In this document: positions 1 through 8,094 of the stretch, in pieces
Layout of the letters: each line of letters begins with the position of its first letter
Numbering within the stretch: the first letter of the stretch is position 1
Made by a program: the position numbers and the translations under genes
The notes under the pieces: generated by a model
Told to the model about the DNA's origin: nothing
The model's database searches: none
Seen by the model: the letters and a program-made list of their open reading frames with translations, nothing else
Assembly (NCBI GenBank): GCA_963666315.2
Contig: CAXXHG010000045.1
Coordinates: forward strand, 1-29,011
DNA: 29,011 bases
Direction: 5' to 3'
From: Candidatus Binatia bacterium
GTDB lineage: Bacteria > Desulfobacterota > Binatia > Bin18

Positions 1-226
1 TTCGGCCACATTGCGGCAGTGATCGGCGTGCCGGTAGCCGAGATCAAACCGCCGTGGTTGCGGGCTTCAGATTCACGGGCGACATAGCGCCTCTCCTTAC
101 ACAATATGGAAGAGCTTACTCCTGCCCAACGCAATACTTGCGAGAAAGTTATCCGAAACGTTACTCGCAGTCGAAGAAGCCAGGCTCGGCTCATGCTGTT
201 AGGAGCTTCGCTACAGCTTTGCCCTG

Positions 227-481
227 TTGTATGAGTCTATGTTTTCCAGAGAATTAGTAGGCCGATGCTGGGATCATCAGCGCCACGTCTCGTATCGAGC
301 CATCCTCTCGCCAAACGGACAGGCTCAGTGCGAATGTACGCGGCTCGTCCAGCCACCAATCATTTGCCAGCATGCCATTGGACTGGCCCTCTTTGGGCGC
401 ATGTTACCACTCACAGCACACGCGGCCCCTCAGGGCAGACCACAAGCCCCTCAGGGCGGACCCAGCGCCTCAAGCGGCTAA
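227..481 (+). CDS. Small SWIM-type zinc-finger protein; possibly the 3' part of a frameshifted gene starting at ATG 106
   Basis: QCECTRLVQPPIICQHAIGLAL fits the SWIM CxC-xn-CxH pattern followed by a hydrophobic helix. The frame is closed upstream by TAG at 200-202, and an out-of-frame ATG at 106 (MEELTPAQ...) may be the original start. Confidence 0.55.
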   Translation: MYESMFSRELVGRCWDHQRHVSYRAILSPNGQAQCECTRLVQPPIICQHAIGLALFGRMLPLTAHAAPQGRPQAPQGGPSASSG

Positions 482-484
482 CGA

Positions 485-502
485 GCCCTGAGTGAGCAGG
501 GC
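485..502. terminator. Small hairpin between convergent genes
   Basis: GCCCTG-agtgag-CAGGGC gives a 6-bp stem between the stops at 481 (+) and 521 (-). There is no clear U-tract. Confidence 0.3.
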
Positions 503-520
503 AATTCCTGTCTTGGGTGC

Positions 521-1544
521 TTAGCTGTAAAATTCCCCAGCAATGCGTTGGTTGTACTCACCGACTTGCTCTTGGGCCAAGCCGTAGAACGGTACACACA
601 GCGTAAACGAGTCTGCTATTTGAGCGATGCGGTCAACCCGCGCACGGACTTCGTCAATAGGCCCGACCAGCGAGAAGTTCTCGACCATTGTGTCTGTACA
701 GGCTTTGAGCATGGCTGCATCGTCTTTTGCTTCGGCGGCCTGAGCGATGGCTCGGGCTTCGTCTCCAAAACCACATTCGGAAAAATAGCGTTCATACTGA
801 GAGAAAGACGAGTAAAAGGCCACCGTGCGACGCGCGTCTTCGAATGCACTGCCCCTTGTCCGGTCCTGGAGCGACAAACAGCCAAATGTTGAGATCGAAC
901 CCGCTACGCTCTTTCCCCGCTTTATTCAGCCCTTTAGCCACATTCGTTTTCACCTGATTCATAATCCACCATTCACACCAAATCGGATGGCCGGCCAAGC
1001 CGTCAGCAATTTCACCGGCCAGGCGTGAAGCAGTTTCATAGAGTGCCGGCAGGTAAAGAGGGATGTCTTCCCGCACTGGGGGATAGAGGGTCTTAAAGCG
1101 GTCAAGATTGAGGGTGTAGTATTCGCCTTCCCATTTGCCGAGTTCGCCCGTATGGCCCTTACGAATAATCATACGGATGACTTCGACCGCCTCCCGCAGA
1201 TGCGAGATAGGCTTGCCGTAGTGCACGCCGTGCCAGTCTTCGTTCCACCAACGTAGCGTCGGCCCAATGCCCAACACTGTCCGACCACCATTGATTATAT
1301 CCAACTCTAATGCCGCGCAGGCAGTCTCCAGGGGACTGCGCACAAACGCCTGCGCCACACCAGTGCCGAGTTTGATGGTCTCAGTTGCCATTGCCGCCGC
1401 AGCCAGAGGGGCAAAAGGCGGACCGTAGAGCTGAATACCCCATAGTCCTTCAAGGCCCATATCTTCGGCGTTCTTTGCAACTTGGCCCAGCGCTTTGGCC
1501 GGTAGTGGTGGTATGAGTCCCCAAAATCGTGGTGTGTTTGGCAT
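521..1544 (-). pseudogene. LLM-class (luciferase-like/Mer-like) flavin- or F420-dependent oxidoreductase, frameshifted
   Basis: ORF 792..1544 has LLM motifs (AAAAMATETIKLGTGVAQAFVRSP, GGRTVLGIG, LAGEIADG). The C-terminus (EDARRTVAFY...SLVGPIDEVRARV) is in another frame (521..877), with one extra base near 842-844. SD AAGGAG precedes ATG 1544. Confidence 0.85.
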
Positions 1545-1645
1545 AGCCGTTCTCCTTTTTAGACTCTCTCGCCTCGTTCATAAGAAAGGATATCGCGTGA
1601 AAGGCTAGATAGCGCCACGCTCTCAGAAATGCAACGACAAGGACC

Positions 1646-1668
1646 GTAGGGGCTAGGCCTGCCCCTAC
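1646..1668. repeat. GTAG-family REP-like palindrome
   Basis: GTAGGGGC-taggcct-GCCCCTAC, a perfect 8-bp inverted repeat with GTAG/CTAC ends, in an intergenic region. Confidence 0.5.
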
Positions 1669-1700
1669 AGTTGGAGATCCTCCTTTGCTACGGTAGTCTT

Positions 1701-2978
1701 ATGGCTGCCTCGCAAGGACACGACATCCAAACCATCCACGAAACAGCCTGCTGTATTGTCGGCGGTGGACCAGCCGGAGCCATGCTGGCCTTGCTCCTTG
1801 CCCGTCAGAGTCTCCATGTTACTTTGCTTGAGAGCCATCTCAATTTCGACCGCGACTTTCGTGGCGATACCCTGCATCCATCCGTTCTAGAGATCCTGGA
1901 TTCGATTGGTCTGGCAGATCGCCTGCTTGAGCTGAAGCATTCCAAGATCGACCGGCTGTCAATTCAGACGCCGGACGAGTCTGTCCAGCTCATTGACCTG
2001 CGTCGGCTCAAAACAAAATACCCGTATATCACCCTCATATCACCCTCATATCACCCTCATTCCGCAAGTCGACTTCTTGGATTTCATCACAACCGAGACC
2101 AAGCGTTTTCCACATTTCCAACTCCACATGGGAGCCAACGTCCAGGAATTGGTTGAGGCAGGCGGAGCAGTCCGGGGTGTCCGGTACCGTTCCACTGACG
2201 GCGGCTGGCATGCCGTTCGAGCACAGCTCACTGTTAGTGCGGACGGGCGCTTCTGACGCCTGCGTCGTCTCGCCCAGCTCCAGCCCCAGACGTCGCAGCC
2301 TCCGATGGATGTGTTGTGGTTTCGCCTGCCTCGCAGGTCGGATGACCCGCTCGATGCCGGCGCAACTTTTCGAGTGGGACATGGACGTATGCTCGTGCTG
2401 CTCGATCGCTATACATATTGGCAGGCGGGTTGTGTCATCCCAAAGGGAGGCTATCAGCACGTGAATGCGACAGGTTTAGAGGCCTGGCGTCAGGCGGTAG
2501 GGGAATTGATTCCATGGGCGCAGGACCAGCTGGAGCAGGTGGCAGATTGGAAAGATATTTCTGTGCTGTCGGTGGGCGCGGATCGCCTGGTCCAGTGGTA
2601 TATGCCAGGCCTGCTGCTAATTGGGGATGCCGCGCATATTATGTCCCCGGTTGGCGGGGTCGGTATTAATTATGCCATTCAAGATGCGGTCGTCGCCGCA
2701 AACGAGTTGGCCCAGCCACTCAAGGCGGGCACGCTGCAGCTCGATCATCTGGCTTTGTTCAGCGTCAACGCGCATGGCCAACGCGGGCCATCCAAGCCTT
2801 TCAAGCCCAAATCCAGCGCCGCGTTGTTGCACCCGCGCTCAATACCAATACGCCCTTTCGGCTGCCCCTCCCGCTACGCATCATCCCACGTATTCCGCTG
2901 CTGCGGAATTTGCCCGCTCGTATGATTGCATTTGGGGTGAAACGGGTGCAGGTGAAGGAGCGAGGAAGAATCAGATAG
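1701..2978 (+). pseudogene. FAD-dependent monooxygenase (UbiH/aromatic-ring hydroxylase-like), disrupted three times
   Basis: Motifs IVGGGPAG, ADGRF and LLIGDAAHIMSPVGGVGINYAIQDA. Lesions: two extra 11-bp copies at 2026-2058, an in-frame TGA at 2254-2256 (ADGRF*RLR, where S is usual), and a 1-bp deletion near 2755. The restored C-terminus VQRQRAWPTRAIQAFQ... ends at TAG 2976-2978. Confidence 0.85.
2026..2058 (+). repeat. 11-bp tandem triplication (ATATCACCCTC x3)
   Basis: Three exact copies at 2026, 2037 and 2048. Collapsing to one copy restores YPYITLIPQVDFL in frame. Confidence 0.95.
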
Positions 2979-3037
2979 CCCTACATTTCCTCTCAGCCTT
3001 GCCTCGTGATACAAGACCTCCTGAAAGGAGCCCCCTC

Positions 3038-3680
3038 ATGGCTGAAACGATCGATCTTTTTGAAGCACTCGGCACTATGCGCGCTATGCGACGCTTGAAA
3101 CCGGACCCGATTCCAGACGAGCTCATACACAAGATCATTAATGCAAGGCTAGGCGCGCCAAGCGGTGGCGATGTGCAACACTGGCGTTTTATTGTGGTCA
3201 AAGATCCGGAGGTCAAGCAACAGATCCAGCACTATTATAAAAAAGCGCTCGACAAACTCTTACCGCGCTATCGATCGAGTCCACCGCCGCCGGGAAAAAC
3301 GCACGAACAAAAAAAGGCGCGTGCTGGACGCGGTTGTGTATTTGACCGAGCACTTACATGAAGCCCCAATGCTGATCGTGTGTTGTTTGCTTGGAGACTT
3401 TGCGTCTGCCATGGGACTGGTCAAAATGTCTGGCGCGTCGATTTATCCTGCAGTCCAAAACATGCTGCTTGCAGCGCGCGGTCTCGGGCTGGGATCAACC
3501 CTGACCACTCGCCATCTTCTGTTTGAAAAGGAGGTGAATGCCATTCTCGGCTCACCGGAAAATGCCGAGACGTTCGCCATTTTGCCTATCGGTTATCCTA
3601 TGGGTAATTTCGGACCGGTTTCGCGCTTACCACTCGAAGAGGTGACTTTTCAGGACCAATGGGGCAAGCCATACGCGTAA
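3038..3680 (+). pseudogene. Nitroreductase-family (FMN-dependent) protein, frameshifted
   Basis: SD AAAGGAG plus ATG 3038; motifs RAMRRLKPDPIP, APSGGDVQHWRFIVV, IYPAVQNMLLAARGLGLGS and LPIGYP. The frame changes at the A7 run 3309-3315 (one extra A). Confidence 0.85.
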
Positions 3681-3729
3681 CCCTGGAGTACGGGCAGGAG
3701 CGGAAGAGGCGGAAGGAAATGGTATTGTA

Positions 3730-4533
3730 ATGAATGCGAATGCCCTGGTTGCGGCAACGCTCAACATCTATCAACACGTTGTAAAAGACACAGTTAAAAA
3801 AATGGGAAGAGGCTGGTGGATTGCCCTTCTGCCGCTTGTGTACACGCCTATCATTTTTTTTGCAGCACACGTTTTTGACCGCATGGGCTTTGCTGGCGGG
3901 TTACTCGTCGGGTTGGTTATGGCTCTGTGTACTGGATCATATTTATACTTCATCGACGGCATCGTGCACGGCCAACGCGTTCAACCTCAAGAGTTACTGG
4001 ATAGCTGGCGGCCCCACTTTGGCTCGGTCATTACGATCTTATTCTTTCTGGCCATTGTCCGTTTATTCCTCTCAATGATACCCGGCGGTACCAGCTCCCA
4101 AGTCCTATACGTTTTGGTCCACCTCGTCATGCCGATTCTGCTCAGCCCAGTGACCGAGATCATTTACCAAGGACGAAGTGACGGTTTTGCCATGATCCAG
4201 GAGAGTGTCGAGTTTCTGCGCGAGAGCGGCGTGGAATGGTTCCTGCCCTTGATCGCGCTCGTTCTGATTGTATCGGCTACCCTTGTTTTACCACCGATTG
4301 CGCTGGCCTCCTCGCTGTTCTTTCCGCTCGATATTCTGGCTATGCCCATGCAGCTTGGTCGGTCGATGTTTATGTCCTTCGGTATTGGCTTCTGGAATTC
4401 AACGTCAGCGATCATGTGGGCAATAGGCAGCTCTTTTCTCCTCTACGCGGTTATGGTTTTCCGTGGCCTGCTGTTTAAGGCCCTTGCCGGCGGCACGCGA
4501 CGGCAGCGTATTTATCGTTCCAAAATGAATTAG
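3730..4533 (+). CDS. Multi-pass membrane protein of unknown function
   Basis: Intact 267-aa ORF with about 6 hydrophobic segments and a basic C-terminus; GGAAGGA upstream. Confidence 0.85.
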   Translation: MNANALVAATLNIYQHVVKDTVKKMGRGWWIALLPLVYTPIIFFAAHVFDRMGFAGGLLVGLVMALCTGSYLYFIDGIVHGQRVQPQELLDSWRPHFGSVITILFFLAIVRLFLSMIPGGTSSQVLYVLVHLVMPILLSPVTEIIYQGRSDGFAMIQESVEFLRESGVEWFLPLIALVLIVSATLVLPPIALASSLFFPLDILAMPMQLGRSMFMSFGIGFWNSTSAIMWAIGSSFLLYAVMVFRGLLFKALAGGTRRQRIYRSKMN

Positions 4534-4580
4534 ATGACAATCACCCTACTCATTATTCAGCGTTTGACGGACTAAGAGTT

Positions 4581-5021
4581 TTACTCTTTGGGGGACGTGA
4601 ACCGCTTCGCGAGCGCGTTGTGTGGAACGGTCTGCTTGGTATGCAGATCGGTACTCCATAGCGCTTCCTGAACGCCATCGTTATCCGTGTACGTAAACCG
4701 CACCTGCCGCTGACGCGGCGCTTCAATAATATCGAAGTATTGACTCAGAGCTGCCAGATACTGTTCTTTTTTGGAAGACAGTCCGGCCTGCCAGGTCTCA
4801 TTCTCCCATCGATTTCCGTTGTGCCGGTCCTGTCCGGCTTGCTGCGCTATATTTGAGGCAACGCTAAACCCGCCATCCGACTGGTGGGCTTTGACAAATT
4901 TTATTGCGAAGCGCTCAGTCGGAACCATCTCCGTTTGAGGCCCGCAGCCTAAAAGCATGAAGCATCCGGCGACCAAAGCACATTGAAACGTCCTCTTCTC
5001 TAGCCATGCATGTAAGCCCAT
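4581..5021 (-). CDS. Hypothetical lipoprotein
   Basis: 146 aa. A basic N-terminus and hydrophobic stretch end in a lipobox-like LLGC. GAGGAAGG SD upstream of the ATG. Confidence 0.7.
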   Translation of the reverse strand: MGLHAWLEKRTFQCALVAGCFMLLGCGPQTEMVPTERFAIKFVKAHQSDGGFSVASNIAQQAGQDRHNGNRWENETWQAGLSSKKEQYLAALSQYFDIIEAPRQRQVRFTYTDNDGVQEALWSTDLHTKQTVPHNALAKRFTSPKE

Positions 5022-5038
5022 ACGCCTTCCTCGGGTAT

Positions 5039-5105
5039 TATTGATATATTTATCAGTAACACTATTAATAAGTTTATCAATATACTATCGATAGAAATCT
5101 CAATA
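5039..5105. promoter_or_regulatory. Three tandem 20-bp imperfect palindromes of LuxR(Vibrio)/HapR/SmcR-box type
   Basis: TATTGATATATTTATCAGTA (5039-5058), TATTAATAAGTTTATCAATA (5063-5082) and TATCGATAGAAATCTCAATA (5086-5105). All fit TATTGATA-N4-TATCAATA and lie in an AT-rich divergent intergenic region. Confidence 0.7.
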
Positions 5106-5143
5106 AAATATATTATCTATTTAATTTAGGGAGTTATACGGAT

Positions 5144-5761
5144 ATGAAACGCGACAAAATATCGAATATACGTGCGAAACGGCTCTCCCAAGAAGAGCGG
5201 CGTACACATTTGCTCCCGTGCGCTTTACACGTATTTGCCCAGCGTGGCCTGGCTGGTGCTCGACATGCTGAAATCGCACAAGAGGCCCACGTTTCAGTCC
5301 CGACTGTATTTTTCTATTTTCCGACCCGGCCTGACCTTGTGAATGCTGTTTTGGATGAAGTCACACACTTTTATCTAGCAATGACCGAGCAGCTGCTGCA
5401 GGCCGACGCCCCTCTCCCCCAGATACTCCGGAACCTAGCCGCTACATACGCACAATCCGTAGACACCCATCCGGACCATGCACGCGTGGTTCTGGATTGG
5501 AGCACCGCGATTGGGGAAGATGTGTGGCCGCGCTACTTAGAACTCCAGCAGCGCGTCGTCGGCATGCTCACCGAGGCGATTACACACGGGCAAGACCAAG
5601 GCAGTCTCGCCGCAAATGTAAACGCCGAAGATGTCGCCCTCTTACTCGTGGGCACGGCGTCTTTGATTATTCAGATGAAATTCGCGGGTCAACCAGCCGA
5701 GCGGGTAGACCGCTTTCTACACACCCTAGTCCAAGTCGCGTTGGCTGGCGCCGCAGAATAG
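5144..5761 (+). CDS. TetR-family regulator resembling HapR/SmcR/LuxR(Vh)
   Basis: N-terminal HTH RLSQEERRTHLL..ALHVFAQRG....HAEIAQEAHVSVPTVFFYFPTRPDLV; C-terminal DWSTAIGEDVWP; SD AGGGAG. The TetR call is secure, while the subfamily call rests on recalled sequences. Confidence 0.93.
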   Translation: MKRDKISNIRAKRLSQEERRTHLLPCALHVFAQRGLAGARHAEIAQEAHVSVPTVFFYFPTRPDLVNAVLDEVTHFYLAMTEQLLQADAPLPQILRNLAATYAQSVDTHPDHARVVLDWSTAIGEDVWPRYLELQQRVVGMLTEAITHGQDQGSLAANVNAEDVALLLVGTASLIIQMKFAGQPAERVDRFLHTLVQVALAGAAE

Positions 5762-5839
5762 ACTGGACTGCCCGTTTTACCTCGCCTGAAAGCAGCATCC
5801 ATTTCAATCTGGTAAAATCAGAAGTCGGAGTATCAGAGC

Positions 5840-6049
5840 GTGGAACTCGTCGATTTCTTTAACAGCTTTGAAGGATTGGTAACAGCTATTCTGTCGCTGT
5901 TTGTGGGGGTAACCCAACTGCTGAGGACACTACCCTTCGTCTTTCGCCGGGCGGTGAATCAGCGCATCGCGCTCCGGATTATGATCGCAGCGTTACTCGT
6001 CCTCTTTGCTGCAATTATTCTTGTCGTCCGGAACCCGGATGGAGAATAG
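5840..6049 (+). CDS. Small two-helix membrane protein (69 aa)
   Basis: GTG start with GGAG SD and an upstream extended -10-like TGGTAAAAT. Two hydrophobic segments are separated by an Arg-rich loop. Confidence 0.6.
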   Translation: MELVDFFNSFEGLVTAILSLFVGVTQLLRTLPFVFRRAVNQRIALRIMIAALLVLFAAIILVVRNPDGE

Positions 6050-6058
6050 AAGCGCTGA

Positions 6059-6313
6059 CTACGGCGCAAGGCGACGCCAGATCTCGACCTCGTCTGTCTG
6101 CGTGGTCTCGACCCAGCGTTTGACCGTTTGGACCAAGTGGTCGAAGTCTTGGGCCGTGGCTTCTTCAAGAAATCAGTCTTGCGCGGCCTTCACTATCCCC
6201 GCATCTCGGAGTGCGGTCCGTACGCGGACGAGGAGCCGAAAGGCCGTATCCTCTTGGTCTTTCAGCGAGACGTATATATTAGGATATTTTGGTTGCTCTT
6301 TCTCGCCTTTCAC
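6059..6313 (-). pseudogene. Small hypothetical protein interrupted by an in-frame TGA (absent from the ORF track)
   Basis: Manual translation from GTG 6313: VKGEKEQPKYPNIYVSLKDQEDTAFRLLVRVRTALRDAGIVKAAQD*FLEEATAQDFDHLVQTVKRWVETTQTDEVEIWRRLAP*. The internal TGA is at 6173-6175; GGGGG SD-like element upstream. Confidence 0.6.
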
Positions 6314-6383
6314 GCAGACCCCCGGGACAAAACAGTGTCAACTGCCTGTATACCAAACATCAGAGGTCTCCGCGGAGTGCCTT

Positions 6384-7064
6384 TTATAAGGGGCTCTCTT
6401 CGTCGTCTAGCCCATCTAGCCCATCAAGCTCATCTAGCTCGTCTAATTCATCTAGTTCGTCTAGCTCCGCTAGCTCATCAGGCTCGTCTAGCGCATCTAA
6501 TTCATCTCGCTCGCCAGCCCATGGGTCTCCGCGCAGGGCCTCTTCCAAAGGGCTCTCTTCGTCGTCTAGCTCATCCTGCTCTTCCCCCTCCTCTGGCTCG
6601 CCCGTCCATTCCGCAACAGCGGCCTGCATCGGTTTGACTAATGCAAGAGGAATCCCATATTCAACTTCGGTCGAGGGCTTTCCCATCGTCACATACGACT
6701 TTTCTTCGTCGTCGTTTTCTTTGAAAAAGACGCCGCTCATGACTCTCCGCCCGCCCACAAATACGAGTGTCTCGACCCGAAAGAACTTCCCTTTTACCGC
6801 GCCGTTAATATCCTTTTGGTCGCCGGTACTCAGCACTTTCCAATCATTCTCAGTGGCGACATCTTGGAGCAGCATGAGGGCGACTTGTGGCGGTACCTTG
6901 AGATGCAATCGCTTACCAGCTTTGATCTTCTCCTCCGGCTTTTTTGTACCGGGCATAAGAGCGCTCGCCGCCGATTTCACGGAACTACAGCCTGTTATGC
7001 TCATGAGGCCCAGCAGGCTGACGCTTACGATCCCAATAACCAGAGCAGACATCAAAGTTTTCAT
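6384..7064 (-). CDS. Lipoprotein with a very acidic repetitive C-terminal tail
   Basis: Signal peptide MKTLMSALVIGIVSVSLLGLMSITGC (lipobox ITGC), a globular middle region and a (DEL)n tail. Confidence 0.8.
   Translation of the reverse strand: MKTLMSALVIGIVSVSLLGLMSITGCSSVKSAASALMPGTKKPEEKIKAGKRLHLKVPPQVALMLLQDVATENDWKVLSTGDQKDINGAVKGKFFRVETLVFVGGRRVMSGVFFKENDDEEKSYVTMGKPSTEVEYGIPLALVKPMQAAVAEWTGEPEEGEEQDELDDEESPLEEALRGDPWAGERDELDALDEPDELAELDELDELDELDELDGLDGLDDEESPL
6391..6570. repeat. About 11.5 degenerate 9-bp tandem units plus a 21-bp direct repeat
   Basis: Units like TCGTCTAGC/TCATCTAGC run from 6403 to 6506. GGGCTCTCTTCGTCGTCTAGC occurs at 6391-6411 and 6550-6570 (LDDEESP twice). Confidence 0.9.
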
Positions 7065-7115
7065 ACGAATTTCATTGCGACGAATAACGTTATCATCCCA
7101 AGCTCAGCAGGTTGT

Positions 7116-7991
7116 TTATACGTGCTGGGCCTGCTCGACAATAGGCGCCAGTTTTTTGATTGCCTCAGTCCCACTGCCAAACGCGGCTTGCGTAGCGGCC
7201 ACGATCACGCGGCTCACACCAGCCTCTTGATACTGCTTGAGCACTTCCGCATTGAGCCCCGCCTCGGCAGAATTCAGTAAAAGTACAGAAAATTCAAGGG
7301 CGTCCGGATTACGACCTGCCTCTTTGGCCAGGCGTTTAATCGTAGGGATATCTTCCTGAGCCTGCTCTGGGGTTAAGCCGCCGGGGCACCAGCCGTCCGC
7401 ATACCGAGCAACACGCTTCAACGCGTAACGCCGGTCATGTGCGCCCAGGAAAATGGGCGGAGTCGGGTGTTGGACCGGCTTAGGGAAAAGTTTGACTGGG
7501 GCAAAGCGCACGAACTCGCCGGCATAGCTGGCCTCGTCTTTTGTCCATAGTTCGCGCAACGCTTCGACCGACTCGCGTAAATGTTGCCAGCGTTTGGCAA
7601 ACTGGACGCCCATGATCTCGGCTTCTTCAGGAAACCAGCCAGCCCCAACGCCGAGCATGAGTCGCCCATTTGAATACAGATCGATACTGGCCGTCGCCTT
7701 GGCCGTAGTAATGATGTCGCGCTCCGGCAGGAGGCAAATTCCAGTAGCAAGACGGATCGTCTTCGTGGCTTGGGCCGCCGCTGACAAGGCCACAAAAGGA
7801 TCGACCAGATGGGCATAGAACTCCGGTACCTTGCCATCCGCGGAACGTGGATAATACGTGCTGTAGTGCGCGGGCATGACCAAGTGCTCGGCAACCCAAA
7901 ACGATTCAAAGCCGAGGTTCTCTGCCTCGTACGCAATGGCCCCCGGCTCTCCCGACTGTTCAGTTAAAAAGGCGAGCACTCCGATTTGCAT
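7116..7991 (-). CDS. LLM-class putative F420-dependent oxidoreductase
   Basis: AENLGFESFWVAEHLVMP, DPFVALSAAAQATKTIRLATGI, SNGRLMLGVGAGW, PKPVQHPTPPIFLG and RVARYADGW; strong SD GGAGGGG. Confidence 0.92.
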   Translation of the reverse strand: MQIGVLAFLTEQSGEPGAIAYEAENLGFESFWVAEHLVMPAHYSTYYPRSADGKVPEFYAHLVDPFVALSAAAQATKTIRLATGICLLPERDIITTAKATASIDLYSNGRLMLGVGAGWFPEEAEIMGVQFAKRWQHLRESVEALRELWTKDEASYAGEFVRFAPVKLFPKPVQHPTPPIFLGAHDRRYALKRVARYADGWCPGGLTPEQAQEDIPTIKRLAKEAGRNPDALEFSVLLLNSAEAGLNAEVLKQYQEAGVSRVIVAATQAAFGSGTEAIKKLAPIVEQAQHV

Positions 7992-8036
7992 ATCCGTCCC
8001 CTCCTGCCTTTGGATTCTTTTTTCTGTAAAAAATTG

Positions 8037-8065
8037 ACCATAATAGGAATTTTAACGAAACTCAA
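8037..8065 (-). promoter_or_regulatory. Sigma70-like promoter for the LLM gene
   Basis: Minus strand TTGAGT-17 nt-TATGGT, the same hexamers and spacing as upstream of tRNA-Lys (28573-28601). Confidence 0.5.
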
Positions 8066-8094
8066 TTACAGTATTAGCTATAGTGTAGAGCTAA

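Noticed and set aside
1-98. Minus-strand ATG at 85 with a strong SD (AAGGAGAGG)
   Set aside because: The frame stops after 13 codons. Other frames run off the window edge, so it may be another frameshifted gene, but too little sequence is visible to call it.
3309-3316. A_AAA_AAG slippery heptamer at the nitroreductase frameshift, suggesting programmed -1 frameshifting
   Set aside because: The downstream half lies in the +1 frame (AGG CGC GTG...). A -1 shift reaches TGA within about 10 codons, so a simple extra A explains it better.
2254-6175. Recurrent in-frame TGA codons (2254, 6173, also 28937) suggesting TGA recoding or selenocysteine
   Set aside because: TGA is the normal terminator of intact genes here (serine hydrolase, antitoxin, P450, gltX). 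Two of the affected genes carry other lesions, and the positions do not look like Cys sites.
6128-7230. Long + strand ORFs 6128..6637 and 6289..7230 (Ser-rich or RLAHL-repeat)
   Set aside because: They are antisense shadows of the acidic-tail lipoprotein repeat, with no independent evidence.
8032-8067. ATTGA half-sites upstream of the second LLM gene as further HapR-type boxes
   Set aside because: Only about 11/20 match to the consensus, and the region is explained by the TTGAGT-17-TATGGT promoter.
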